Source: Octopus vulgaris (Eukaryota). Taken from it: a stretch of 64,000 nt of DNA. Both the position numbers and the translations under genes were made by a program. Positions 52,150-64,000 of the stretch are shown here, piece by piece. The number at the start of each line of letters is the position of its first letter. The first letter of the stretch is position 1. Location: the NCBI GenBank assembly GCA_951406725.2, contig OX597819.1:33232001-33296000 (forward strand), read 5' to 3'. The notes beneath the pieces are model-generated. The model had not been told where the DNA came from, did no database searches, and saw only the letters and a program-made list of their open reading frames with translations.

Positions 52150-53760
52150 AGCACGAAGAGACCAGCAGATCATTGAGCATTGTGCGTGAACGGGAAAGCC
52201 ATTCTTCTTAACAAGGATGGGTACTGGGACGGAATTTGCAATTTCGATGTCACTATGAGTAGCTTTGATATGACCGAATCATGCAGGAAGGCTAGTTCCT
52301 GTACATCAAAATGGAGAGCTCTTTTAACGGCATTAATATGGATCTGTATAGGGATGGCGGGCTCATGATTTAAAACAGTGCGAGTGAGTGGGAGCACAGC
52401 TGACACCCAAAGGAAATTAATCATTACAGCATTTAAGGAAATTATCCCGAAGGTGACGGATGAAACAAATCTTACAACAATTAACTTCCTGAATGTCACG
52501 CTGACACCATACACGAAATCATATGATTAAGGAAACCCAATAGCGCCGCATTCTGCATCCAGAGACAATAAAACCTAACACGTCATCGAGCTTGTACCAA
52601 TAAGTATCTGCAAAAGGATGAAGACATTGTTCCCCAACAAACCCATTTTCAAAGTATGAGTATAGAATACCTGTGCGAGAGACTATTATGTAGCTGTTAC
52701 CAAGAAATAAAGAAGCAATACCATTTAGTAACACTCCTAAAAGGGAAAATTATATTTTTTGATGTAACTCATCATGCAATATTGGATGGAAAAAATTAGT
52801 GCAGTAAAACATTTCTTCTGCTTAGATTGGAAAACATTCCCCAAACGACCGGAATTTCCAGCAGAAATTCAACAAAAATAACATTAACCTTAACTACAGC
52901 GATATGAAAATCATATTTAATACCTTCAAGATCATAATGCAAAGTATTGCAATCTATCCTAGAACTTAAATGCAATTTCCAAAATATAGAGTGTGTCTCC
53001 AACGTAATTAATACTTAGAGAAAGGCATTTTCTTGTTACCTGACTGTTGTCTCCACCAGCAACATACCAGCAATTTACATGGGTGTTTCAGATCTCGACT
53101 TCAAGTGTTGCTTATGCACTTCTGAAGAAAACGCTGGGATCTTTTCGGTTTGAACGGCAATTTTTAACATAATTTCTAGTTAACTAAAAAAATTTAAACT
53201 TCGTATACTGGTAGAATGTGTTTATAAAACATCTTTTTTCTCTTGGCTTTATTGAGAAAATTCTATAGTTTGTAAGATATTTGTTGGGTTTTTTTTCGTC
53301 AACTTCTGCAATTTCAACCAATCAGTGACGTCTATTGAGTTAAAAAGCATTCTGTGCCGTATGAATATGTCCCTCGTATAAGAAACAGATTGGATTTATT
53401 TACATGTGTGAAGAAAAAAGATACCCTTCCCTCACCCCTAACCCTAACTAACCCTAACCCTAAAAGAGATTGAAATGCAATAGATTGATTCTAGGGCCAC
53501 AATTATGGGTGACAAATTCATATGACACCGCTAGAAAAACTGCCGTTCAAACCGAAAAGATCCGAACGCTGCAGCACTTTGTAAATTGAAACACATAGGA
53601 AAAATTACTGAATATAACGAGTCGCGTTAAAGAAGGCACAGGTATTTACAAACTGGTCAGCGTGCTGCAATTTCTGTCTGGTGAAGAAAATCCACATCAC
53701 TCGTGATCCTAAACCAATATCAGTAATTGCCACTTGCTGACACAAATAGATTTTTCTTTG
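52150..53760 (+). pseudogene. Decayed Penelope-like element (RT, linker, GIY-YIG), interrupted by a MITE
   Basis: FDVTMSSFD, DLYRDGGL (from YRDDGL), INFLNVTL, KFNKNNINLNYS, and CCNFCLVKK after the MITE. Confidence 0.7.
53137..53563. mobile_element. GG-ended MITE with 8-bp TSD (Merlin-like) containing (CCCTAA)n
   Basis: 23-bp TIR ggatcttttcggtttgaacggca / tgccgttcaaaccgaaaagatcc, TSD aaacgctg/gaacgctg. Confidence 0.85.
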
Positions 53761-53873
53761 AGGATAATTACACTACTTGCAGTTGATAGTGTATGGTCAA
53801 CCGAAGGATCGATCGAATGGAAGTGCTGTTCGGGATATATGATCCCAGCTTGTTTGACTAAAATTAATCTATA

Positions 53874-53957
<84 letters not shown>

Positions 53958-54871
53958 TGTGTGTGTATGTGTGCGTGTGTGTATGACGTAAGAATTCAGA
54001 AAAGCCTACATTTGCAGGAGATTTTTTTCTGTCAATACATGTTGATATTCAAATAAGACAGATATGAAGACTACCTCAACAACAACAGCAATAACAATAT
54101 AAGTAAATAGTAAGCACCTAAAAGACATAATACTGCCATGTTGCTGTAGTATTTTGCTGCAGATTGGAATTATTTAGAATATAATGGAAACGGCGGGCAG
54201 ATGATCTTTTTTCTCCTGTGATGCTACAGAAATTTAAGTGAGGAGACAAGAGCAAAGAAGGAAAAAAAAAACAAACAAACCGGGAGCCGAGAAATAAAAT
54301 GTGGCAACAGGTGATAGTCACGCATATCAATTTTATAGTAGACACGGAGAGAAAAGAAAACAGAAATGTTTTTTTTCGTCGACTGTTTGAAGTAACACTA
54401 CGATTTACTAGAGTCTTTTTTTTCTTCTTCAATATCTGCTCACAGATGTCTGTTTAAAGTGACACTAAACATTGTGTTGTTCAGAACAAAGAAAATAGAA
54501 AACCAGAAACTGTATTATTATGGTATATCTCTGAAGTAGTAACATGTTCGCTTGAATGAAATAATGATTGAAGATGCAACGCAATGATGGAACAGGTCTT
54601 AGACAGTTCCGCGCTACTACTATAAATGGAGAGTAGATACTACCGTTTTTATCTTTTCTTCTTTCATCTTTTATCTTTAACTTGATCAATCATTCGCATG
54701 CGGCCATGCTGGAGGTGAGGCTTGAAACGCTTTAGTCAAACCAAATCCATTCCAGTACTCTATTTTAAAACCTGGTACTTATTCTATCGGTCCTTTAAGC
54801 CGAACCTCTAAGCTATGTGAACTTAAAGAAACCAAACGGTAGTGGTGGAGAAACATAAACTCAAACACACA

Positions 54872-54980
<109 letters not shown>

Positions 54981-55230
54981 GGCGGCTTTTAAGCTAGCTA
55001 CTGTGGCGGGCTCTTCATTGGGCCTTGGGCCCAACAGTGACACTTCATGCATTGAATTCATATTAAATTTTATCAAACTTAAACAATATTTTTCAAGCAA
55101 TGAACAATTTTCATCGAAACAATGACATAATTTGTTGACTTGGACTTTATTGCAAAGCCACATGATAAACAACATGTTTGTCTTCCCATTCGGGGGTCAG
55201 TACAATTTTTTTTTTATGTCTAATCTCTTC

Positions 55231-55294
<64 letters not shown>

Positions 55295-55696
55295 GTTAAT
55301 TGTTTTCAGCCATCACCAATACCACCACCATTGCCACCACAACTACCATACAGACACCATTCAAACTTCTGATGCCGTTCACCTTTCACTTCACTGCCTT
55401 CAGCTCCACCATCATAATCACTGACTTTCACATCGCTTACTATCACCGTCATCCCTGACCGCCTCGGCTACCACTACCACCACCACCATCATCACCGTCG
55501 CCTCCGCCTCTATCACAACTGCAGCTCATACTATTACTATCACCCCATTACCATCACAACCGTCAATCTACTACCGCCCTCACCGTTTCTATGCCTACTG
55601 TTATTCTTACCCCAGCAGGAGGAATGGTAGAAGTATCATTGAATAGTGAGAGAGGGGGGGCAAAGTGTGACACACTGACACACAGGAATTCGTTTT

Positions 55697-56123
<427 letters not shown>

Positions 56124-56289
56124 TATACGACGTGCTGTTTTCAGTTTTCGTCTACCAGTCCCGCGCAGAAGGCCCGGAAATATTTTAGAAGTCACTTTCA
56201 CAAGATGCCTGATACTGAGTGGTTGAGAAACAAACTCCTTTCTACACAAGCATTATTTGATGTGCATTTTTAACAAAAACTAACTCATA

Positions 56290-56720
56290 GCGTGAAGAGC
56301 TCATAATTATTTTAACGTCTTGTTCTAGTCAAGAAATAGAAGGGGAGTCAGCTACCGGAAGGTAAATTATAGTTAACTGAACGTAAGTCGAGCCGCTACT
56401 TCTCCGTATTGAGAGGTCATAGCTCCAGTGTTATGGACGTGATAAGAATGCCACAGGAAAGACTCGCAAAATGGGTACTTCAAGCCAAGCCAACCGGCAC
56501 TAGACCTAGCGTAGACAAAGAACGAAATGGTTGTATAATATCCATAGACTCAGTTGTTCGCATTTAGGTATCCATCCGGAAAATCTTATGACGGTTGCTT
56601 CTGACAGGTCCCTTTGGAGGAGGTGCCAACGGCCTCTACCCCAACGACTCCCAAGAATAGTAGGCAGAGAAGATGGATGAATAGATGGACGGACGGATGG
56701 ACGGTCGTACAGGCGGATGA
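56290..56720 (+). mobile_element. RTE-clade LINE 3' fragment
   Basis: ..RMPQERLAKWVLQAKPTGTRP.., then RTKWLYNI..LGIHPENL..ASDRSLWRR, ending in a (GATG/GACG)n tail. Confidence 0.7.
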
Positions 56721-56746
56721 AGGGAATGTGGCAGTAAGGGGAGAAC

Positions 56747-56785
56747 TTCAGACATGTTTCGGTGTTATCAGACCTTATCAGTGAA
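56747..56785 (-). ncRNA. Minimal type I hammerhead-like motif (G8A variant)
   Basis: ttca-CUGAUAA-ggt ctgataac acc-GAAAC-at-GUC-tgaa, palindromic stem III acatgt. Confidence 0.55.
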
Positions 56786-57221
56786 ACAGCCTAGTCAGCA
56801 ATCTCAGAACATTATAACCCTGACTAACTGAGTACATCATAACTCCAAATCCTTTCATATACGATTATAGAATTTCATTCAGCTTTTTATTGTTATTCTT
56901 TTACCTGTTTCAGCCATTTCCCTGCTGCCATGCTAGAACACCGCCTGTTTTTTCAGTCGAATAAGTCGACTTCTGGACTTATTTTTTGAAGTCAAGTACT
57001 TCTTCTATCGATTTCTTTTGCCGATCAGTTAAGTTACGGGGACGTAAATACACCAACACCGGCTGTCAAGTAGTGATGAGGGTGGGGACACTAACGCAGA
57101 CACAAAGACACACACGCGTCGAGGGCTTATATGCCCCATTATTAGACTATTTTCGTTAGCCATTTGCCCGATGATCGGTATAAGCTTTAGGCTTATTAAA
57201 AAATTATTACTATTATTTACG

Positions 57222-57257
<36 letters not shown>

Positions 57258-57310
57258 ATTTGGGAAATATTGAGTATATATATATATATAAATAATTTTG
57301 GAAGAATTGA

Positions 57311-57359
<49 letters not shown>

Positions 57360-57440
57360 AATATATAAATAAATATCTGTAAATATAAACCATCCGATCT
57401 TCTGAGTACCTCATTTCTTCTAATATATATATATATATAT

Positions 57441-57952
57441 TAGTAGTTTTGACTGCAAAAGTCCCTCCTAGCGTGCGGTACCTATGAATAATAGTACCCT
57501 CTATATAATATAAATAAGTATTTTCAAAGTTGAAAAAATTTACAGATTTTTTCTTACGAGATTTTTCACGCTAACTACTTGATAATTTCTTATAAAGATT
57601 TTATCCTATTTTTAAATTTATATTTTTCACCGGAATAGTTCAATACTGAATTTTTGTTTCGAGTAAGCAAGTTGTTACTGAAATGCATTGCGAAAAAGCC
57701 CGCCATTTTCATAGATATGTAAATATAAACATTCGTACATGCTGCGGCGAATTCTACGGTTGGTTGTCGGGTATGTGATGCTGTGTTTTTTCTTACATGT
57801 CTTGAGTTTGTTGCACTGAAGAGCATAGAATGCATATTCTGCATTGATTGCGAAATCACAGGTGATATGTAACTAAATTCTGTTTTTAAATGACTGCAAA
57901 AGTCTCTCCTAGCGTGCGATACTTATGAATAATAGTACCCTCTATATAATAT
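57441..57952 (+). mobile_element. Terminally redundant 441-nt hammerhead unit (retrozyme-like or non-autonomous Penelope-like)
   Basis: Direct repeats 57450-57511 and 57891-57952 (3 mismatches), internal hammerhead, (TA)n on both flanks, no credible ORF. Confidence 0.75.
57810..57873 (+). ncRNA. Type I hammerhead ribozyme with intact core
   Basis: gttgca-CUGAAGA-stem II (gca..aatgca tattc tgcatt..tgc)-GAAA-ucac ag gug-AUA-tgtaac. Predicted cleavage after 57867. Confidence 0.8.
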
Positions 57953-58011
57953 ATATATATATATATATATATTGTAAAATATGTGAAATTCTTGGTGCAG
58001 CTAGGAATATT

Positions 58012-58164
58012 TGAAAAAGGGTAAGAATGACTTCACTGATAGTTTTAATCAATTTAATTTATTAATAATATAATTTTACAGTTTGGTTTGTAAACTGTAA
58101 AATTATATTATTAAAAAATTAAACTAAATAGAACTACCAGTGAAATCATTCTTTTCCTTTTTCA
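58012..58164. repeat. Fold-back inverted repeat (~72-bp arms, 7-nt loop), Penelope-like
   Basis: tgaaaaagggtaagaatgacttcactg...ttttacagttt / aaactgtaaaa...cagtgaaatcattcttttcctttttca, in (TA)n. Confidence 0.75.
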
Positions 58165-61100
58165 TATATATATATATTTTTATCTATTTATTTATTTATA
58201 CACGACAGGCTTATTTCAGTTTCCGTCTACCAGGTCCACTAACAAGACTTTGGTCGGCTCGAGATAATACCCAAGGTGCCACGCAGTGGGAATGAACCCG
58301 GAAGCATGTAGTTCCAAGCTTCTTACCGCTCAGCCACGCCTGCACCTGTGTCCTTAGAAAATATCTAAATATCTACAGAAATAAAGATTTGTTTCTGATC
58401 GTAAATAAAGTGGACAGAGTCCTTACATTTGCTTTTGTTTAATCTCATATTGGAGTCGTATCATAACTTTGTTAAATGGTTGAATTTTGCAAGAAGAAAA
58501 AAAAGAAAGATGGAAATATATCATTCAAATTAGTGGCTGCAAAATATTACCTCTCCATCCTTCTAATTAATCAAGTAATTAAATGATGTTATCGGCATGA
58601 ACTTATTGGAATTGAACTAATTAGGAAATCAATTACTTTTTCGTCTATTCTCCTTGTATTGATAGCGTTTGAAAAAAACCTCCTAATCTAATCCAAGTAA
58701 AATCATTTTAATTGGGGTTTTACAGTACAGCGTCCAAACCTTCCGTTGAGAATTTCTTTCTAATTTTGGTACTGGGCCAGTAATTCTGAGGGGAGAAGAA
58801 GTCGATTACATGGACATGGACTCCATTTCTCGATTGATACTTATTTTATCGATTTCCGAAAGGACGAAAAGCAAAATCGACCTCGGCAACATTTGAACGG
58901 CAGAAATGCGGTAACGATTGTGCCATCTCACCGTTTCTTTATTAAAATATTGTGCAGAAGTTCTTCTGTGTAGCCAGCACTCTACCATCGGACGAAATGT
59001 CTTACTGTAGATCAATTCTGCTTTTCAACATTCCGAAGTTAAGTTGCAGCACAGGGCGGTGGAATGGCGAAATCGTTACAGCATCGAATAGAAAACCTTC
59101 TTCTGGCTCTTTGCATTCTGAGCTCTAATCCTGCGGAGACCCACTTGAGTAGTTGACTTAAACCTTCAACCTGTTTAATACCACCAATTAAATACTGGGC
59201 TCTGAGCCTGTAATTGAACTAGAATTATCTCTGGATATGTAGAATAAATGCTACTTTGTTTATCAAATGCATAAAACCGTGTGTGAATAATAGAAAAATA
59301 AGAAGTTTTAATTATTATACGTATTTACATTATTTTGTGTATAGAAATAGATTTTTTAAATGATTAAATAGATTTTATGTATTAAAAGCCTGTACAATTG
59401 TAAAGGTCCTAAGTACCTTTAGGATAGTGCACTCTGTTGCAAGCATCTGGGTCAGCTCTTCCTTCCATAGGTCATACTCACAGGCACTGCCCTTCCTCTT
59501 AAATATTCGATTTAAAAATGGATTATACAAGCCAGATGCCGTTTCAAACCATAAAAAAACTTAGACCATTATTAACTACATGTACGAAAATGAAGACTAA
59601 AGAGTAATGCACATACATACATGAAATGGTTTAACGAATGGAATAGTATACTAGTATAGTATAGTATGTTCTTCATGTCATATATATCACACCTACTGAA
59701 ACAAAAAAAAGTCAATATTTTGGAGCTTATTGAAGTGTAAAGTTCAACTTTAGTCATACAAGCGAGCAAACAATAAGACTATCATTTTATTTCAAATATT
59801 TCTCTATTGTTTGTATTAATTTCTCTTAATTGAATTTCACACAGAATTTATTGAAGTTTGTGTTGATCGATAAAATTTTGTTTAAATATTGGTGCTGTTT
59901 TATATCAATATTAATTAGTGGCAGGAGGAGGACGAATAAAAAGAAGAGAAGGAACAGGAGTAAGAGGAGACAGAAGAGGAGACAGGAAGTGGAGGAATAG
60001 AAGGAAGATGAAGAACAGAAGAAGGGAGAAGGGAGTAGAAGGAGGAGGTAGAGGAGGGAAGGAAGGGAGAGACGGGATGGAAAAGATGGGAAGGAAGAGG
60101 AAGGGGAAGAAGCAGAAGACAAGGGGAGGAAGAGGAAGGCGAAGGGAAGAAGGAGAAGAGAAAGAATAGGAAGGGAAGGGGAGGAAGAGGAGGAGAGAGA
60201 GGATGGGAGAAAGTGGACGGGGAGAAAGAGGAAGGGAAGGCAGAGGATAAGAAGAGGAGGAGAAGAGGAAGAAGAAAAGGAAGAAAAAGGAAGAAGAGGT
60301 GATTGTGGTGGTGCTGGTGGTGGTGGTGTAGCAAGCGAGGCATTAGTAGTTCCTCCGAAAGTTTCAAAGGGTTGCAGCTCTAGGATGTAGAGATTGGAGA
60401 AAAGGTCCGGTAGAGGAAGGATAATGAAAGAAGTTGTACAAGTAGGTACATAAGTAAACCATAGGTTTACTGCGAAGGTTCACAGGAAGAAAGACCGTTG
60501 TCTTCTTGTCTGGCGGTAGACAAGAGGACCCTAACCCCAACCCTAACCTGTTTGATATTAGTTGAAGCGTGTTCGTAACTGTGTATTCGTCAACGAGCTA
60601 AATGTATTTCATTTGGATGATGTGATCTTGTGTATGTATGTGAGTAGATGCAATACCATTAGATATACGTGAGCAGTAAGTGTTTCAATGTGGGCCTTGT
60701 TCCAGCTTTAAGATCCGCAGCTGATCATAGTTGAAATATTTTCTCTTCATAAGCCACTCTTCATAATCTATCGGTACTTAAGAAATCATTAACAGTAAGT
60801 ACGTTCTTAAGTGCATGACTGACCTTGGAGTTTTGCTGAATTGATAAAATGTGAATCAGTACAATTCTGACTGGAAATTTATGACTCAAAAGATAATAAA
60901 GCGATTAAGTCTATTAGGAGCTGGATTAGCTACAATGTTTTTCTGTCATACTCTATTGGAAGTTTTACCTGCCTTTAAAGCAACGGTATTGATTTGGGTG
61001 TGCTGATAACGAACAAGAAACCACTGACGTTTGATGGAGGAGGGGAAGTCTCTACGAGATTGGGTTTCATAAAATTCTAGCTCTGTGATGACCGAGAATG

Positions 61101-61739
61101 AGGATTTAGGTTGAAGGAGGAGGTTCGTTACAGCTAATTCCTTCAATTTTGAGAAGCTGGAAGTTTGAGTGAAAGGGCAATAACTGACATGATAAGAAAA
61201 AGTAAGTTACATTTAATGTTCCTTTAGGTTTAGATAGATTTCTATAGAGAGATGGATAAGGGGAGGAAGAGGGATTGCAGAATTGGTGAGGGTATAAGCT
61301 TGCTTTGGAGTGCGTTGTTAGAGAGATGTTAACGAGCTACTTTCTAGATTGGTCATCTCTGTATGGTTGTATTTTTGAAGACATGCTGGCTGGTTTGCTC
61401 ATCTCTTTGGTTGAAATGATTTCGTTCTTGTTCCGCTTCAGGTCAACTCAAATCGAACAGACAATATGCGATCATCCCTTTTTTCTTCTCAGACATAATA
61501 CTTCTGAATCAATTTTTCCATGTACACTTCGTTTTTTAAGATGATGAGTGTTATTAGATGGAAATTCGGCTGCTATTTCGTGTGACCATACAAGGACTCT
61601 CGTGATAGCTTTTGTCGACAGTGTACATAGTATTGGTACAAGCAGAAAGGGGGATTTCAGAATTTTTGTTTGTGTTTATTTGACAACAAAGTAGAAAGCA
61701 TAATACAATGTATTTATCTTCGAGAAGAGCCAAATTGTA

Positions 61740-62200
61740 ATGGTTTACCCTGGAGAAGTTGATTTCTTGAACAACTGAAAGTCCACAAAAAAAAAAAAAA
61801 CATAGGCAGGGAAGGTTTTCCAGTGGGATGACATTCCACAGAGGAAGAACTGGAGTTAGGTGTCAGTGCAGGGCCTGAGTGAGGAAAAATGAAGATATGA
61901 GTGATTCAAGAGACCCACAGTAGAGATGCCGCGATACTAGCTAGGCCCGAGAAGCAGAGATGTCTATAATAGCAGTAGAAAAGGCAAAAATAAGACGGTA
62001 TTCTTGTGGATCAGAGGCTGAAGTGTGTTGGTGAATGACTTCATTCTAATCAATCTATCTGTGCTATTTGGCGGTATGCAGTCGCGAATATTTATGTATA
62101 ACAGCAACAACAGATGCATGAGCAGTACTGTCTCACTAGATTTTTATAGAAATTTAGTTAATGGAGGCAGTGACGTAACTAAGAGCGTGCTGCTCGGGGT
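61740..62200 (-). mobile_element. Highly decayed CR1/L2-group LINE 3' fragment
   Basis: Remnants FYKNLVR, TNTLQPL, LFYCYY and SLWN in mixed frames. Confidence 0.45.
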
Positions 62201-62274
62201 TGAGCTTTGATATTGCCGCTTCTCACACATATAACTTCATGCAGTAGACCCAAAAGTTAGACAGAGTAAAGTTA

Positions 62275-62510
62275 CCTTCTCGAGTCATGCTGACTCATAA
62301 AGATCGGTTTCCCGTTTCAAGATGTATATATTCCGCACCTGGACGGGACACCGGCCCGTCGCAGGATTATTCATTTTTGTCAGCTGAGTGGACTGGAGCA
62401 ACATGAAATGAAATGTTTTGATCAAGAGCACAACGCGTCGCCCGGTCCAGGAATAGACACCAGTATTACGATCACGAGTCTACAACCCAACCACTAAGCC
62501 ACGCGCCTCC
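62275..62510 (-). mobile_element. tRNA-derived SINE (family C-type head)
   Basis: ggaggcgcgtggcttagtggtt..attcctggaccgggcgacgcgttgtg. Confidence 0.7.
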
Positions 62511-63478
62511 ACAACCGAAAAGTTACACCCTCATGAAAGCGTTGCCCATGTCGGACCCCCCTTTCTCCAACTACCTCACTGGATGGTGGCTAAAATAGTT
62601 TCTAGCTTTTGACAGGAATGTTAGTCTTTGGAGGCTGCGTATGTGCAGTGTTTTATAATTGTGAGACTGCTAGGAAGGGCAATGATTTGTGAGGTTTAAC
62701 ATTTGAATGATTTTATGGATTTTCAATGATTAAGAAAAGGTGGAGTGCATAAGTACATATGTCCTAGATATGTGAATGTAATTGTGTCCTTGTGCAACTA
62801 AAAGACATAAGTTTGATATGATCCCATTGTAGAGTGTGTTTTTTTTAAAGCTTTCTGTTCATGCATGATTGAATTCTCGACCATTAATGAAATGCGGCGG
62901 TTTTGTTTTGTGCGTTATTGCCAATGAAGATACACTTCTCAGGAATCAAGTTGCAAAGAAAAGATGCCTTCATTACTATTATAGAAGCAACACCTTTCCT
63001 TTCTTGGTAAGAGTAGATTGAAGGTTCGCAAGACTATCAAAAGGACAACGTAGAAAAAAGTAAATGGAAAGAGAAAGAGAGAGATGGGAACTAAGAAATA
63101 ATATTTGATCAGAGAGTAGAGAAGTAAGAAATAGAGGGGAGACATGTAAATAGAGAGGAAAGAGAGATGGATAATAGAGAGAGGAAAAGAGGGGACAGAA
63201 AAGAGATAGAGAAAACGAGAGAGAGCAAGAGTTAGAAGTGGTATCCTTAAAGAAGCCAAGTTTAGATTGCGGCCTCAGGGTTTGAATCGAGGCAGAACTT
63301 CAATCAATCAATTTTATCAACACGCAACCAAAAATGAAAAGAAAAGGAAAAACTGCGTGAATTGCCTGGAGTTTAGTGGCCAAATTAATGCAATAGTGGA
63401 AAAAGAGAAACTGAGAAACTGGTTTAACGTGAGAGAGTGAGGGGATGGAATAGAGAGTATGTGAGATGGAGATAGAGT

Positions 63479-63480
63479 GA

Positions 63481-63536
<56 letters not shown>

Positions 63537-63540
63537 AGGA

Positions 63541-63600
<60 letters not shown>

Positions 63601-63616
63601 AGGAAAGAAAGAAAGA
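63479..63616 (+). repeat. (GAAA)n microsatellite
   Basis: Seen directly. Confidence 0.97.
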
Positions 63617-64000
63617 ATGAAACAAACAAACAAGCAAACAAAGGAAGAAGAGAGACTGCTTGAAAATTTTTCGCTATTTCTAGTTGTACATTTGTGTATT
63701 TGATGTTCCCAGAGGTTGATAGTGCAAACAACATTTCTACTTCCGTTTCTCTCGCAACCTGCGCAACCAATCACATTAAACACAGATGGCGCAGAAAAAA
63801 AAAAATTGTTTATACTTTTCTTTCTATCATATTTTTTCTTTTTTTTTTTATTTAATTAACGAATCAGCCACAAATTCACTATCAACCATGCAGTTTACCT
63901 GACTATAAAATAAGCATAATGATGTGGTATACCTGTGAAATATACAGTATTTTGTTCAAATATTTCTTGAAATTTGGAGATGGAGGGTCTCTGTCTGACT

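Larger units (their letters stand above)
56893..58345 (-). mobile_element. Family-A SINE split by ~1.1 kb of nested (TA)n-targeted insertions
   Basis: 3' half at ~56893-57120 and 5' half at ~58203-58345. Confidence 0.7.

Noticed and set aside
54990-55175. Minus-strand CSLLEKYCLSLIKFNMNS, reminiscent of a Penelope endonuclease C-terminus
   Set aside because: Too short and degenerate to support a call.
59915-60340. Purine-rich ORFs (Arg/Glu/Gly-rich and Ser/Leu/Pro-rich)
   Set aside because: GA-rich low-complexity tract with no domain signal.
60380-61330. Possible very old LINE coding remnants on the minus strand
   Set aside because: No diagnostic motif could be reconstructed by eye; left uncalled.

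Overview
AT-rich, repeat-dominated animal DNA, very probably from an octopus or other cephalopod (inferred from the tRNA-derived SINE types and the extreme microsatellite load). No host protein-coding gene can be called with confidence, and almost all ORF-track entries are microsatellite or antisense noise. Retroelements: (1) the 5' half of a Tx1/L1-clade LINE (gag-like ORF1 with a CCHC knuckle, plus the start of an APE ORF2) whose 5' end abuts the tRNA-like head of a SINE; (2) two co-oriented clusters (about 6.8-13.5 kb and 44.7-51 kb) in (ATT)n/(TAA)n microsatellites, holding several R4/Dong-type RT-RLE LINEs and seven copies plus one older fragment of a non-coding ~555-bp retroposon with a fixed 3' end and variable 5' truncation; (3) many Penelope-like remnants inserted in (TA)n, several with hand-foldable type I hammerhead ribozymes, including fold-back hairpins and two short non-coding, terminally redundant hammerhead units (~337 and 441 nt) that resemble retrozymes; (4) RTE and CR1/L2-like fragments and three SINE groups. 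DNA transposons: Tc1/mariner (including DD37D/maT), hAT, GG-ended MITEs with 8-bp TSDs and telomere-like repeats, and a non-autonomous Helitron. Other structure: a ~10-kb decayed minisatellite and three local templated duplications. All alignments and folds were done by eye, so coordinates of degenerate elements are approximate.
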